A DNA stretch of 64,000 nt from Candidatus Hadarchaeum sp. (GCF_038871235.1 NZ_JAVZIN010000003.1:32001-96000); one strand, 5' to 3'. Positions 10,718 through 21,363 are shown, numbered from the stretch's first letter. Made by a program: numbers and translations. The notes: generated by a model not told the origin, from the sequence alone.

Positions 10718-10825
10718 ATATGCTCCTTACCAATTTGGCCTTTTCTGTATAAATCGGGTTTCGGTTTGTTTCAAGCTATAACGCTAACAATTTATCCTGC
10801 CCCAGTAAACCAGTTTCGGGAGACG

Positions 10826-12211
10826 ATGTCCGATATTTTGGCAACGGTGTTAAAAAGAGTCAAACCCACCTCATCCGAGGTAAAGTTCGTGGAGGAGGTG
10901 GCCTCTGAGATAATTCTTCGGTCAAACGAGGCTATCTCTAAATTGGGTTTTAATGCCAAGGCAATGCTCGTTGGCTCAGCGGCTAGGGGAACTTGGCTTC
11001 GTCAGGATCCGGACATCGATGTTTTCATTCTTTTTGATGAGACCATTACCCGCGAGGAGCTGGAGCAGAAGGGGATGGCGGTTGCGCGAGAGGTGGCCGG
11101 GCCAGCAGGTGAGGAAAAGTTTGCCGAACACCCCTACGTGACGATGAAGTTTCGCGGTCTCGATATAGACTTAGTTCCGTGTTTTGATGTTACTGACCCC
11201 AAGAGAATTAAGAGCGCAGTGGACCGTTCCCCGCATCACCAGCGTTACGTCAAGAGCAAACTTACGCCTCAGCTGGTCGAGGAAGTGCTGCTGCTCAAGC
11301 AGTTCGCCTCAGGGACAGGGGTCTATGGAGCCGAGCTGAAGAAGCAGGGTTTTTCAGGCTATCTCTGCGAGCTCTTAATTCTGCACTACGGCTCCTTCAG
11401 AAAGCTGGTTGAGGAGGCGAGCAAGTGGATGCCGGGCGAGGTAATAGATACCTTATCCTATTATCCCGATAAGTCCGAACCGAAACTGATTTTCGAGAAT
11501 CAGCCCCTTGTGGTGATAGATCCGGTTGATCCCAGTCGCAACGCCGCCGCAGCGGTCTCTCTGCAGAACTTTTCCACGTTCGTGCGGGCTTGTCAGGATT
11601 TCCTAGATAATCCCACCCTGAGATTCTTCTTTCCCAAACGAGTAAGATTGTTGAAGCCTGTAGATCTGGACAGGATCCTAAAAAGGCGCGGAACAAGGCT
11701 TTTCTGCATTGTGTTTCGCTCACCCAAAGTAGTACCGGATGTTCTCTATCCTCAGCTCCGCAGGACGGAGAAGGCCATCGTGACCCGGCTGGTCCAAGAG
11801 GGTTTTGAAGTGCTGCGAAGCGATGTCTGGGCAAATGGTAACTCTGCAATTCTGATCGAGCTAAGTGTTTCAAAGCTACCTAGCGTCAAAACTCGCGTTG
11901 GACCTCCACCAAACATTTCGGCCAAGAATTTCATACAAGAACACCTCAGCTCAGGAAAGTGTTTGGCCGGGCCGATGGTTGACGCAGCCGGCAGAGTTGT
12001 TTTTGAGGTTAAAAGGGAATGGACGGACGCCTTGTCACTCCTTAAAGAGATAATGGCGCGGCGTATTTCTTTTGGGAAGAATGTTTCGGAATCAGTTTCC
12101 CAAGGCTATCGCATTCTTGAGAGTGATGGGCTGAAGAAACTTCTTAAGGAAAGCGGATTTAGAGAGTTTCTTTCTGAATATTTAAATCGGAAATTACCAT
12201 GGTATAGGTAA
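10826..12211 (+). CDS. cca: Archaeal class I CCA-adding enzyme
   Basis: GSAARGTWL-DIDVF, AEHPY, SAVDRSP, GFSGYLCELL, DPVDPSRN. Confidence 0.95.
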   Translation: MSDILATVLKRVKPTSSEVKFVEEVASEIILRSNEAISKLGFNAKAMLVGSAARGTWLRQDPDIDVFILFDETITREELEQKGMAVAREVAGPAGEEKFAEHPYVTMKFRGLDIDLVPCFDVTDPKRIKSAVDRSPHHQRYVKSKLTPQLVEEVLLLKQFASGTGVYGAELKKQGFSGYLCELLILHYGSFRKLVEEASKWMPGEVIDTLSYYPDKSEPKLIFENQPLVVIDPVDPSRNAAAAVSLQNFSTFVRACQDFLDNPTLRFFFPKRVRLLKPVDLDRILKRRGTRLFCIVFRSPKVVPDVLYPQLRRTEKAIVTRLVQEGFEVLRSDVWANGNSAILIELSVSKLPSVKTRVGPPPNISAKNFIQEHLSSGKCLAGPMVDAAGRVVFEVKREWTDALSLLKEIMARRISFGKNVSESVSQGYRILESDGLKKLLKESGFREFLSEYLNRKLPWYR

Positions 12212-12371
12212 AAATAGCGTCACTTGCCATTAAGGCTAGAAGGCGGAGTTTAGTCGATATTACATGGGTTGTCTCTAGTAAACCAGAGTTCAAGAACGTG
12301 AACTTCACATGAGAATGAGTGATGCGATGAATTTGGATTTTACGGCTGGATTGGTCGAGGGTTGACGTTAA

Positions 12372-12932
12372 TCAATCCTCCAGTTCTATCCTCGCTAAAG
12401 TGTTGTAGATGGGCCCCTTTGGAGTTAGGGTGCTTCCCTTCAGTTCCACAGCTAGGACACGGGTGTTGCCAAAGTCGATGGATTCATTTTCTTTGATGAA
12501 CTTAGCCAGCCTTTCTTTATTTTTTGCTGACTTCACTCTAGCAATGGTCAGATGCGGGACAAAGTCGCCCTCCGGTCGGAATCCGATTTGTTGCAGTTCC
12601 TTCTCTATTTTTTTCTGGAGAGCCATGATTTCCTCTCCTCCTTTTTCCACACCGGCCCAGATAACTCTGACATAGTTTAGGTTCGGAAAGACCCCAATTT
12701 TTTTGATTTCCATGTTAAACTTCTTCATTCCGGCAATGGCTTTTTTGATGGCTCCGGTGATCTCCTCAACTTTTTTGTTTGGAATTTCTCCCAAAAATTT
12801 GAGCGTCACGTGGATGTTTTGGGGCTCAACCAGCTTGAAATCGCCCCCTGTTCCCCTGAGCTGGTTCTGGACCTCGGCCAGCTTCTGTCTGAGCGGTTCG
12901 TCGATGTCAATGGCTATGAAGGCACGCGGCAT
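12372..12932 (-). CDS. thpR: RNA 2',3'-cyclic phosphodiesterase (2H family)
   Basis: Two HxT motifs (HVTLKF, PHLTIAR); GPIY C-terminus. Confidence 0.93.
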   Translation of the reverse strand: MPRAFIAIDIDEPLRQKLAEVQNQLRGTGGDFKLVEPQNIHVTLKFLGEIPNKKVEEITGAIKKAIAGMKKFNMEIKKIGVFPNLNYVRVIWAGVEKGGEEIMALQKKIEKELQQIGFRPEGDFVPHLTIARVKSAKNKERLAKFIKENESIDFGNTRVLAVELKGSTLTPKGPIYNTLARIELED

Positions 12933-13233
12933 GTTTTCAACCTGTAATTTTGCCCCAATACAAGGGCCACCACCGGATTAAAATAACTGATTGAAAATCC
13001 GCCATTACCTTAGTTAATAAGAAAAAGGGCTGGTATTCTTCTGAAAAAGGAAAACAAATGGGAACTTAGATCATTTTTTAAATGATGGATGAGATCGAGT
13101 TGAAAATCGAGCCCTAAAATCTGTTCAGGAGATGGCTGAGAATATAGATGCCATGCTTAATCTCTCCGTGCGCAAGATCAGCGGGGCCATTTTTCCAACG
13201 GTTTATTTACTCTCAACTCTAGGATGAAATGGT

Positions 13234-13884
13234 ATGAAAGCCGTCTGTCTAATTTCGGGTGGCCCGGACAGCGCCGTGGCAGCCGCTTTGGCGAAAAGGG
13301 AAGGATACGAGTTATACTGTTTGTCATTCAATTACGGTCAGCTCGCTTCCAAAGAACTGGAAAGCGCCAAAAAAATTGCCCAATCCCTAGGAGCTAAGGA
13401 GCACCGCGTGGTGGACATTTCATTTCTCAGGGATCTCTATGGCTCGGGTGTAACCGCCTTAACGGACAGCAGCATGCGCATGCCGGAGCAATTTGAGCCG
13501 AGTATAATTGTACCATTTAGGAATGGTGTGATGCTGTCGATTGCAGCCGCATATGCGTCCTCAGTGGGCGCCGAGGCCATCTTTTATGGGCCTCAGCTCG
13601 ACGACGCCAAGTATTACCCCGATTGTAGAAAGGAATTCGTCTCTGCCATCTCACGTGCCATATCACTTGGTACTGACTCGAGACTTCAGGTGAAAAATCC
13701 ACTGGCCGATATGAGTAAAGCGGAGGTGCTCAAGCTAGCAGTTGAACTCGGGGTTCCTTTAGAGCAGACTTGGAGTTGCTATTGTAGTGGAGAAATTCAC
13801 TGTGGTCGTTGCGAGTCCTGCAGAAATAGAAAAAATGCATTCAGAGTGGCTGGAATAAGCGATCCCACGATATATTTAGAGTAA
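13234..13884 (+). CDS. queC: 7-cyano-7-deazaguanine synthase
   Basis: SGGPDS, VPFRN, YPDC, TWSCY...CGRCESC. Confidence 0.95.
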   Translation: MKAVCLISGGPDSAVAAALAKREGYELYCLSFNYGQLASKELESAKKIAQSLGAKEHRVVDISFLRDLYGSGVTALTDSSMRMPEQFEPSIIVPFRNGVMLSIAAAYASSVGAEAIFYGPQLDDAKYYPDCRKEFVSAISRAISLGTDSRLQVKNPLADMSKAEVLKLAVELGVPLEQTWSCYCSGEIHCGRCESCRNRKNAFRVAGISDPTIYLE

Positions 13885-13891
13885 GTTTGTG

Positions 13892-14323
13892 CTATTCTTT
13901 AAATTTCCAGAGAGCCAGCCCAGTGGTCTGGTCATGCTCCCGCTCGAGCGTATCTCCGATCAGCTCTAAAAGGTGGATCTCGGCCGCGAAGACAGTTGCG
14001 CTGACGAGGTGGCCAGCATAGGTCCTACCCTTGGCATCGGAAAGGACAGCGTGGAGATGTGCGAATGGTTGACCATCCTTTAAAGAGATGTTACCAAAAG
14101 CGTTGGCGATTTCCAGCGGCCGCTTTAACATGATTTTTTTATACTCATGCTTTTTGGGATGGTAATAACCCAGTGTTGCGTCGTCAACCGCTCCGATAAC
14201 GGAGAAAATGGCCATTTTTATTTCTTTTTCCCTGACGAATTCCAATATTGATTTCATAAGTTCGGAGTGGTATTCGGCTCGACACAGAAATGTCCTACCT
14301 ACTTGATATCGTGATGATTTCAT
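13892..14323 (-). CDS. PPC domain (DUF296) protein
   Basis: IGAV, GNIS, HLHAVLS, AGHL. Confidence 0.88.
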   Translation of the reverse strand: MKSSRYQVGRTFLCRAEYHSELMKSILEFVREKEIKMAIFSVIGAVDDATLGYYHPKKHEYKKIMLKRPLEIANAFGNISLKDGQPFAHLHAVLSDAKGRTYAGHLVSATVFAAEIHLLELIGDTLEREHDQTTGLALWKFKE

Positions 14324-14415
14324 TCCTCTGCCCCTATAACAATACTCTAGTCAGTTTAAGATATCTCCTGAGGCCAGGTGTTTTAATTAACTGGATAGAA
14401 TCTTTTTGGGTGAAA

Positions 14416-15639
14416 ATGGTTACAACCGCAGTCATCTCGGCCTCAGGGCTTCAGGCGGTGAGGGAGTCAGCGAAGGCGATAATGGAAGGAAAGAACGTGG
14501 TGCTTTTGGGGGGCGGACTATCCCTAACTGAAGAATTAAATTTAAAGTCAGCCGCAGCAGAAAGTGGTCTCTTATTTCTTGGTCCAGCCTGTGGTTCCAC
14601 GATTTTAGATGGACATGGTTATGGCATCTGGAATAAGGTACGGAATGGTCCGGTCGGAATAATCGGCACGTTTGGTAGCGGTATCCAGCAGGTGGCCTGT
14701 TTGGTTGAGGAAGTCGGGGTTTCTCAAGCGCTTGACGTGGGCTTTCGGGATTTGTCCCAGCGTATCAATGCTCTAGGCACATTATCGGCCTTAAAATTTC
14801 TGAAAAATGACCCCAACACTGAAGTCATTGTCTTAGTTTCCCGTGAGCCCGTTACCAGCGTGCAAAGGCGCGTGGTTGAAGCAGCTTTGGAGACGGGAAA
14901 GCCCACCGTCTTTTGTTTTTTAGGCGGTAAAATTCTCCGGCCTCGACCCAAGCTGGTTTTTACAACCACACTGGAAGAGGCCGCTTGGCAGACTTTGAGC
15001 TTAGTTGGTGGTGGTAGGCCAAGCGATACTTTTCCCAAAATATCAGAAAAATACAAAAAAATTGCTGAAGCCGAATACAGCAGATTTGGCTACGGGCAAA
15101 AGTTCATCAGGGGCCTTTATGCGGGTGGAGCACTTTGTACCGAGGCCATGGTGATTATTCGGAAATACTTTAACGCCGTGTATTCCAACATTCCGCTCGA
15201 ACCCAAACTCAAGCTTCCCGATCCCTATTCAAGTAAGGGGCACGCTTTTGTAGATTTTGGGGCCGAATCTCTTTCACAAGGACGTCATCCTGCAGTGGAC
15301 CTTGCCCCTCGTCTGGAGAGGCTTTTGAAGGAGGCGAAAGATTGGGAAACTGCTGTGGTCCTGTTCGATGTTTTACTTGGATATGGGGCGCACCCCAACC
15401 CAGCAGCTGAACTCGCAGCATCGGTTAGAGAGGCAAAAAGGATAGTGGAGGAGTCTGGTGGCTACCTCAGCACTTTGGCTTCAGTAATAGGTACTGGGGA
15501 GGACCCCCAGGGACTCCAGAACCAAGTGAAGCAACTTGAGCAGGCAGGGGTCTTGGTGGTGAACTCCAACGCTCAGGCTACAAAGATGGCCGCCTTGATT
15601 GCTTCTCAAGGTAAATTGTGGAAAAACTTGGCCGGTTGA
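14416..15639 (+). CDS. FdrA-like acyl-CoA synthetase (succinyl-CoA ligase alpha-like), short N-terminus
   Basis: GPACGST, GSGIQQV, GLYAGGALCTEA, HP motif, DVLLGYGAHPNPA. Confidence 0.8.
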   Translation: MVTTAVISASGLQAVRESAKAIMEGKNVVLLGGGLSLTEELNLKSAAAESGLLFLGPACGSTILDGHGYGIWNKVRNGPVGIIGTFGSGIQQVACLVEEVGVSQALDVGFRDLSQRINALGTLSALKFLKNDPNTEVIVLVSREPVTSVQRRVVEAALETGKPTVFCFLGGKILRPRPKLVFTTTLEEAAWQTLSLVGGGRPSDTFPKISEKYKKIAEAEYSRFGYGQKFIRGLYAGGALCTEAMVIIRKYFNAVYSNIPLEPKLKLPDPYSSKGHAFVDFGAESLSQGRHPAVDLAPRLERLLKEAKDWETAVVLFDVLLGYGAHPNPAAELAASVREAKRIVEESGGYLSTLASVIGTGEDPQGLQNQVKQLEQAGVLVVNSNAQATKMAALIASQGKLWKNLAG

Positions 15640-15640
15640 T

Positions 15641-16222
15641 TTAGGTCAGAAGAAAGGCAGCTTTGATTCCGGAAATGATTAGTTCTATGGCAAAGGCGGT
15701 CAGCAAAAGTCCCGTGACTCTTGAGATAATATCGGTTCCGGAAGTTCCGATGGCGCGGCTGATATGGCCGGAAAGCCACATTATTACCCAACTTGCTGCC
15801 AGCGAGATCAGCGCGGATATTGAGGTTATCAGATAACCATGCTGCTGTACGAAGATCATGGTGGTCACGATCACACCGGGTCCGGTAAGCATCGGTGTCG
15901 CCAGCAAGGTGATGGCTGGGGGAGTCTCGCTTTTTCCGCTGATCGACAGTGACAGCATCAGCTCGATACCTAGGATAGTTAGGACCAGTCCTCCGGCGAT
16001 GCTCAGGGAGGCAAAATCTATCATGAAAACATCAAGGAGGAACTGACCGAAAAAGAGAAAGGCAAAGAGAACAGCACCAGCTGTGAGTATCGCCTGCGTA
16101 GCAGCGGATACCTTTTGTTTTGGGTTCATGTATTTTGTCACTGAGAGAAATATTGGGATGCTGGAAAAAGGCCCCATAATGACAAAAAAGGTAAGTGCTG
16201 ATTTTATAATCTCGTCTATCAT
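15641..16222 (-). CDS. MarC family membrane protein
   Basis: IAGGLVL, ATPMLTGPG, SRVTGLLL; six TM helices. Confidence 0.9.
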   Translation of the reverse strand: MIDEIIKSALTFFVIMGPFSSIPIFLSVTKYMNPKQKVSAATQAILTAGAVLFAFLFFGQFLLDVFMIDFASLSIAGGLVLTILGIELMLSLSISGKSETPPAITLLATPMLTGPGVIVTTMIFVQQHGYLITSISALISLAASWVIMWLSGHISRAIGTSGTDIISRVTGLLLTAFAIELIISGIKAAFLLT

Positions 16223-16562
16223 GCAATCACCTATAAGTTGACCTAGATGGTTAAAATAATGTGGGGAAATACAAACTTTTCATTATCTCTGGACAACTGC
16301 GCTGAAACGGCAAGCCATGTTACTGTAGCAGGTCAATAGAAACTTCTCATCCCACTATTTGGGCTCTTTCAGCTGACTCAGTAGCTGGATCACCACTGGG
16401 CTTGGGCCGGTGTTTATTTTCAGCCAAATTAAAATCAAATTTAAGGGACAGACATTTCAATAAACTGTTCTGCCTTGAAAAAGCGTTTGGATAAGTTTTT
16501 GGTTCAAACCATGACATGAGTTCCACAGGTTATTTCCTTTTTTAAAAATATGGCTCAATTGT

Positions 16563-16814
16563 TTGACGGGCGACTTGGAGCTATGTTTAATTTTAATCGC
16601 CGTTGCTTGGCATGCAGGTTTAGTCGCTCTCGAGAGACATCTCGATCGTAACGGAACCACCCCTTCGGTTCTTAGGTTGCTTTTCACAGCTGAGATGGAG
16701 CTGCTTCGGTCGCTCAGGGCGGAGCTAAAAAGGCTGTCCGCCAAAGACGCAAACGCGGCAATGGAACTTTTTCAGGTGGAGCAGAGGCTGAGGGAGCTGG
16801 GTGAATATGGTTAG
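16563..16814 (+). CDS. Hypothetical protein (N-terminal hydrophobic helix, coiled coil)
   Basis: First ORF of a tightly overlapping run leading to the secretion ATPase. Confidence 0.45.
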   Translation: MTGDLELCLILIAVAWHAGLVALERHLDRNGTTPSVLRLLFTAEMELLRSLRAELKRLSAKDANAAMELFQVEQRLRELGEYG

Positions 16815-17391
16815 GAAACTCAGAGTTGAGTCCATTTTGACGGCTCTGGATGAAATCGTTGAATTGAATCCGGGTGACCTCGGAAAAGGTTCAAGACTCT
16901 TGCGAAGTCTGGACTGGTATTTGGAACAGCTGCTAGAGGCGGCGAGGATTGACGAGGAGCGCCGAAAGGGTCTATTTAGAATGGTGACGTTAGTGAGGTC
17001 GTCATCGGCAAAGCTCTTTCAGTCACTGGGCAACGCCAAGCAGAGTGGGCAACTACGTGGTGACTGGCTTCGCTTTGCCCAGCATGATTTTTTGAAGCTT
17101 AAAGAGGACCTCATTGCGCTTAGGGAGCATTTAGTTGAAAATGTCGACTTTTTTAGGCTGGCCTGTTTGCGGGACCAAATCGGCGAACTGGCAAGTACTA
17201 GACCTGAGAAGCTTTTCGAGGAGCTTCACGAGGCTGGCGTAATAAGCGAGCGTACTTGGGTTCTGCTTATGTCCTGCCCGGTTTCTTGGAGGGAGATGCT
17301 TGGGGATGGTGAGATTTCAAAGCAGATTTCAAAGCTTTCCGCTTGGCTTCTCGAACTTCAAGAGATAAGAAAAAGGCAAAGAACAGCTTAA
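16801..17391 (+). CDS. Hypothetical alpha-helical protein
   Basis: 196-aa ORF with RBS, co-directional in the operon. Confidence 0.65.
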   Translation: MNMVRKLRVESILTALDEIVELNPGDLGKGSRLLRSLDWYLEQLLEAARIDEERRKGLFRMVTLVRSSSAKLFQSLGNAKQSGQLRGDWLRFAQHDFLKLKEDLIALREHLVENVDFFRLACLRDQIGELASTRPEKLFEELHEAGVISERTWVLLMSCPVSWREMLGDGEISKQISKLSAWLLELQEIRKRQRTA

Positions 17392-17408
17392 GGAGGTTGG
17401 CAGGGCTG

Positions 17409-17615
17409 ATGTTGAAGAAAATCAACGATGAAGTTATAATCGCCGACCATGGAAGACGAATTGCTAAGCTGTGCGATGACGTTGACGTTTTAAGCCAGCG
17501 TCTGCTCGCTTTGGAGAGGAGGGTTGCTACTATCGAGAACAGCCTCGCTGAACTGAGGAAGTTCTGCTACAGGCTTGATCTAGTCCGTCCTGTTTTTAAG
17601 ACAGACGACCGCTGA
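17409..17615 (+). CDS. Short coiled-coil protein
   Basis: Heptad pattern; AGGAGG RBS upstream. Confidence 0.55.
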   Translation: MLKKINDEVIIADHGRRIAKLCDDVDVLSQRLLALERRVATIENSLAELRKFCYRLDLVRPVFKTDDR

Positions 17616-17630
17616 GCCGGAGATGAATCG

Positions 17631-19814
17631 ATGAGCTGTGACAGGAGCATGACGACGGTGGGCACTGAGCGCGTGATGAAGTTCAAGTGTGGTGATTGTC
17701 GCGGTGACGCCTCGGTCGAAAAATCTCGTGAGTGCATGAAAGGAGTTCTTGAGGCGCTTATGGATGAGCCAGATATCGACGTGGTTATCCTTTCTGGGAC
17801 GTATGAGCACGAGTACAGCGGGCCCGGACTGTGGGCACTCAAGGAAATGGCAAAAATACTAAATGAGGCCCGTCGATGGTCTCTGGCTAATCTTGTCTCC
17901 GAGGGCTGCACGCGATGCGAAACCGCTCGCGATACCCAGCTTAGAAGGGCGCTTGAGGAGCTTTCCACAGATCCAGTGGCTGGCCACCGCAGGCTGCAGG
18001 AGTTATTTAATGCGATGAACGCGAAAAAGGAGCATGGGTCCAAAGCCTGTCAAGCCTGCCGTTCGGATTTTATCAGGAAATTTCTGGAACCGCTTTTGAG
18101 TTCCATTGAGGGCTCGACCCTTTTGAAGGCCGCGAGAACCGGTTTAAATTATACGGAGATTTTACAACCCCTCATCAGACCATGTTTTTTGAGCACACGC
18201 CTTAAGATGGAGCCGCCCACCGGAGGTGAACTCGTAGACTCATATGAGATCGAAAGCGGTGAGGTGAGGATATATCGCCTCCCTGATCAGCTACAGAACC
18301 TGTATTTTTTTATTCCATCCGAGTACCGCCTGATGCATGACCAAGTGAGGCTTCTTCAACATGCCCACCAGGAGATCGTCGACAATCACCCAAGGCTGGA
18401 TTCCGATGTAGTTCAGGCCCGTAAGCAGATCGTGCGTCTTGGCGAGAGGCTGATGATCGAGAAGGTGACAAAAGAGAAAATCTCGGTTTCAAGGGAAGAA
18501 ATTAGAAATTTGGCCTTGAGCCTATCTAGGTTCACCGCTGGACTGGGCTTGCTTGAATCTCTGCTTTCGGATCCAAAAATCCAAGATATTTATGTTGACG
18601 CCCCAGCGGGAAGAACACCGGTGCACCTGTTGCACCGTGACCATGACGCGTGCTTAACCAATGTCTTTCTCACTCCGGATGATGTTTGTTCGTTAGTCTC
18701 TCGGTTCCGTGCTTATAGCGGCCGGCCATTTTCAGAAGCCGACCCAGTTTTGGACCTTAACTTAGGTGAGGTGAGAATAGCTGCGATCGGGCCACCCCTC
18801 AGTCCTGGCGGCATCGCCTTTGCACTTCGCAGGCACAAACCCACTCCGTGGACGTTGCCTCAATTTATTCAAGCGAAGTTTTTGACCCCTTATGCGGCGG
18901 GGCTGCTCAGCCTGCTGATAGACTCACAGGTTTCTTTGCTGATAGCTGGCAGCCGCGGTGCGGGGAAGACCTCGCTGCTGGGCGCACTTATGTTGGAGAT
19001 CCTTCCTAAGTTCAGGATCATAACTATTGAGGATACCCGGGAACTTATGGTGGATCGGCTCCGCGAACTCGGCTTCAAGATTCAATCTCTGCAGGTTCAG
19101 TCGTCGGTCTTGGGCATACAAAGCGAACTCAGCGCTGAGGAGGCTCTCAGGGCAGCGCTTCGTCTTGGGGAATCGGTCTTGGTTATCGGCGAGGTGAGGG
19201 GTGAAGAGGCGCGCGTTCTCTATGAGGCAATGCGAGTCGGCGCCGCTGGCAGTTCGGTGATGGGTACTATTCACGGGACCACAGCTCGCGATGTTTTTGA
19301 GCGGGTTGTCAACGACCTCAAGATAACGCCGAGCTCCTTCAAGGCTACCGAGGCGATAGTGGTGGCGGCCCCCATCCGAATAAGGGGAGGTATTAATAGA
19401 GTTAGGCGGCTGGTCCAGATAGTTGAGGTCAGAAAGGACTGGCGTTATGACCCGACGGCCGAGGAAGGATTTGTACCTCTCATGTCTCATGATTACTCCC
19501 GCGATTGTTTGAGACCCACTCGGACTCTTCTCAGCGGAAGATCGGAGCTGATTGCCGGTATCGCGAGAAAGTGGGGTTTGGCGCCGCTTCAGGTCAGGCG
19601 CAATCTGGAATTTCGTGCTAGGGTTCAAGAGGATCTGGTAACTGAGGCGGCGATGGGGAGGCCTCACCTGCTTGAAGCCCCTTTTGTCCTTCGGGCCAAT
19701 CTAGCTTGGCACTCATTCTATGAGGACCAGCTCAAGCACGGAAGCGTGGACTATCGCCAGCTGTACCAAAGATGGCGGGAGTGGTTGAACTCAGCCAAAG
19801 AACAAGTAGCGTGA
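17631..19814 (+). CDS. Type II/IV secretion (VirB11/CpaF-like) ATPase with Cys-rich N-terminal extension
   Basis: Walker A GSRGAGKT, TIEDTREL, LRLGESVLVIGEVRGEE, GTIHG; CxxC motifs in the N-terminus. Confidence 0.92.
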   Translation: MSCDRSMTTVGTERVMKFKCGDCRGDASVEKSRECMKGVLEALMDEPDIDVVILSGTYEHEYSGPGLWALKEMAKILNEARRWSLANLVSEGCTRCETARDTQLRRALEELSTDPVAGHRRLQELFNAMNAKKEHGSKACQACRSDFIRKFLEPLLSSIEGSTLLKAARTGLNYTEILQPLIRPCFLSTRLKMEPPTGGELVDSYEIESGEVRIYRLPDQLQNLYFFIPSEYRLMHDQVRLLQHAHQEIVDNHPRLDSDVVQARKQIVRLGERLMIEKVTKEKISVSREEIRNLALSLSRFTAGLGLLESLLSDPKIQDIYVDAPAGRTPVHLLHRDHDACLTNVFLTPDDVCSLVSRFRAYSGRPFSEADPVLDLNLGEVRIAAIGPPLSPGGIAFALRRHKPTPWTLPQFIQAKFLTPYAAGLLSLLIDSQVSLLIAGSRGAGKTSLLGALMLEILPKFRIITIEDTRELMVDRLRELGFKIQSLQVQSSVLGIQSELSAEEALRAALRLGESVLVIGEVRGEEARVLYEAMRVGAAGSSVMGTIHGTTARDVFERVVNDLKITPSSFKATEAIVVAAPIRIRGGINRVRRLVQIVEVRKDWRYDPTAEEGFVPLMSHDYSRDCLRPTRTLLSGRSELIAGIARKWGLAPLQVRRNLEFRARVQEDLVTEAAMGRPHLLEAPFVLRANLAWHSFYEDQLKHGSVDYRQLYQRWREWLNSAKEQVA

Positions 19815-19818
19815 AATC

Positions 19819-21330
19819 TTGCTGAAGAAAATTCCATTCTGTGTAAACTGGCGTGACAAACAGGAGGAGTCAAAAGCCTTAGGCGAAGTCCCGACCCTTA
19901 TCGGCTATCTCACCATGGCCATGAAAATAACGCCGAATCTAGAGCGAGCCTGTGCCTTTGCCAGCGAACAGCTCGGAGGTAAAATGGGTCAAGATCTGAG
20001 AAAAAAGATGTCGGAGTGCCATATGCGTCGATATTCCAGCGCTGATGAGGCACTGTTGAAGTTCTCGCAATGCTGGGAGAGGGCCTGCCCCGAACTCGGC
20101 CGGGCAATCTATCTCATCCGCAGTTCTGTTAGCGAGCTGAGGAAGAGCAGCCGGGAGATGACCTTGGATCGATCCCTTCAGCTGGTTCTGCATGGAGCTA
20201 GGCGGCGGGTGCGTGAATTCTCTTCAAAGATAAGCCCACCTACTCTGTTGATCTACAGCTTGGGTATTCTGCTCCCGCTGGTCTTCGTTGTCATCTTGCC
20301 GGTGCTTTCTGTAATCGAGCTGCGAGTGGGTCTGCCTCAGATAATCTTTATTTACTGTTTCTTACTGCCTTTGCTAGTCTATCTTCTGAGCAACAATGTC
20401 CTTTCCCGGCGACCGGCCACACATCAACCGCCAAATGTTTCGATTGGAGCGAGTCAGTTGCATTCGGCATTAATGGCCATTGCTTTTTCGATACCTGCGC
20501 TGGCCATTTGTTTTTGGCTTGATGCATCTCCTGATCTCAAGGCCTTAGCCGTTCTTTGGGCGATTGTTCTTAGCATTTCAGCATTTCTATATTTTACCTC
20601 CGTCCAAGCCTATCTTCACCGTGAGGAGATCGTTCAGATGGAGGGGGAGTTCAGCGATGCCTTGGTGCAGCTCGGCAACCGCATAAGCGAGGAGCGCCCG
20701 GCTGAGGAGGCCTTAGGGCACGTGGCAGCCACGATGGGTGGGAGCAAGCTCGCCGGTGTCTTCATGACTGCGGCTTCGAACGTTAACCTTGGCGGCATGG
20801 GCTTACGTGCGGCCTTGTTTGATGAGACACGTGGGGCACTTAGGCAGGTGAACTCAAACATGATTCGCGGAACATTGAAGATACTTGTGGACTTGGTCGA
20901 GAGGAACACCCGGGCCGCTGGTGAGGCGATTCTTCGGACGGCGCAGCATCTTCATGAGCTGAAAGAGGCCGAGGAAGAAATGAAACGATCGATGGCGGAG
21001 ATGGTTACTTCAATGCGGTCGGTGGCCATCTTCTTTGCGCCTTTGATCACCTCGATCGCGGCTAGGCTTCAGGGACTGCTGTCGGAAAAGGTAGCCTCGC
21101 TTGAGTTTTTTCTTTCAGCCGAGATTTCCCCTCCGGCCTTTTTATTCGTCCTCGGGCTGTACATCATTATCCTGACCATCATCCTGATCAACTATGTGGT
21201 TGAGATAGAACTGGGTGAGGATGGGCTGGCCAAGCGAATGGCGTTTGCAAGCGCTTTGCCGGTTTCAATGGTTGTTTTCACCGCGGGAGCGATATTAGGC
21301 GGGCAAGTTGTTGCTTTCCTTCTAGGTTAA
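19819..21330 (+). CDS. TadC/T2SS-F-like membrane platform protein (two T2SSF repeats)
   Basis: Directly follows the ATPase; PNLERA and EFSDALVQLGNRI motifs alternate with TM helices. Confidence 0.82.
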   Translation: MLKKIPFCVNWRDKQEESKALGEVPTLIGYLTMAMKITPNLERACAFASEQLGGKMGQDLRKKMSECHMRRYSSADEALLKFSQCWERACPELGRAIYLIRSSVSELRKSSREMTLDRSLQLVLHGARRRVREFSSKISPPTLLIYSLGILLPLVFVVILPVLSVIELRVGLPQIIFIYCFLLPLLVYLLSNNVLSRRPATHQPPNVSIGASQLHSALMAIAFSIPALAICFWLDASPDLKALAVLWAIVLSISAFLYFTSVQAYLHREEIVQMEGEFSDALVQLGNRISEERPAEEALGHVAATMGGSKLAGVFMTAASNVNLGGMGLRAALFDETRGALRQVNSNMIRGTLKILVDLVERNTRAAGEAILRTAQHLHELKEAEEEMKRSMAEMVTSMRSVAIFFAPLITSIAARLQGLLSEKVASLEFFLSAEISPPAFLFVLGLYIIILTIILINYVVEIELGEDGLAKRMAFASALPVSMVVFTAGAILGGQVVAFLLG

Positions 21331-21363
21331 CTTTTAATTTAGGTGGTGACAACTTCACAGTGA

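Noticed and set aside
12211-13234. Intergenic gaps flanking thpR as possible sRNAs or gene relics
   Set aside because: No convincing C/D boxes, stems or recognisable peptide motifs by eye.
16515-16545. GTTCCACAGG resembling an origin recognition box
   Set aside because: Single partial match without GAAA or a G-string, no repeats, and no cdc6 nearby.
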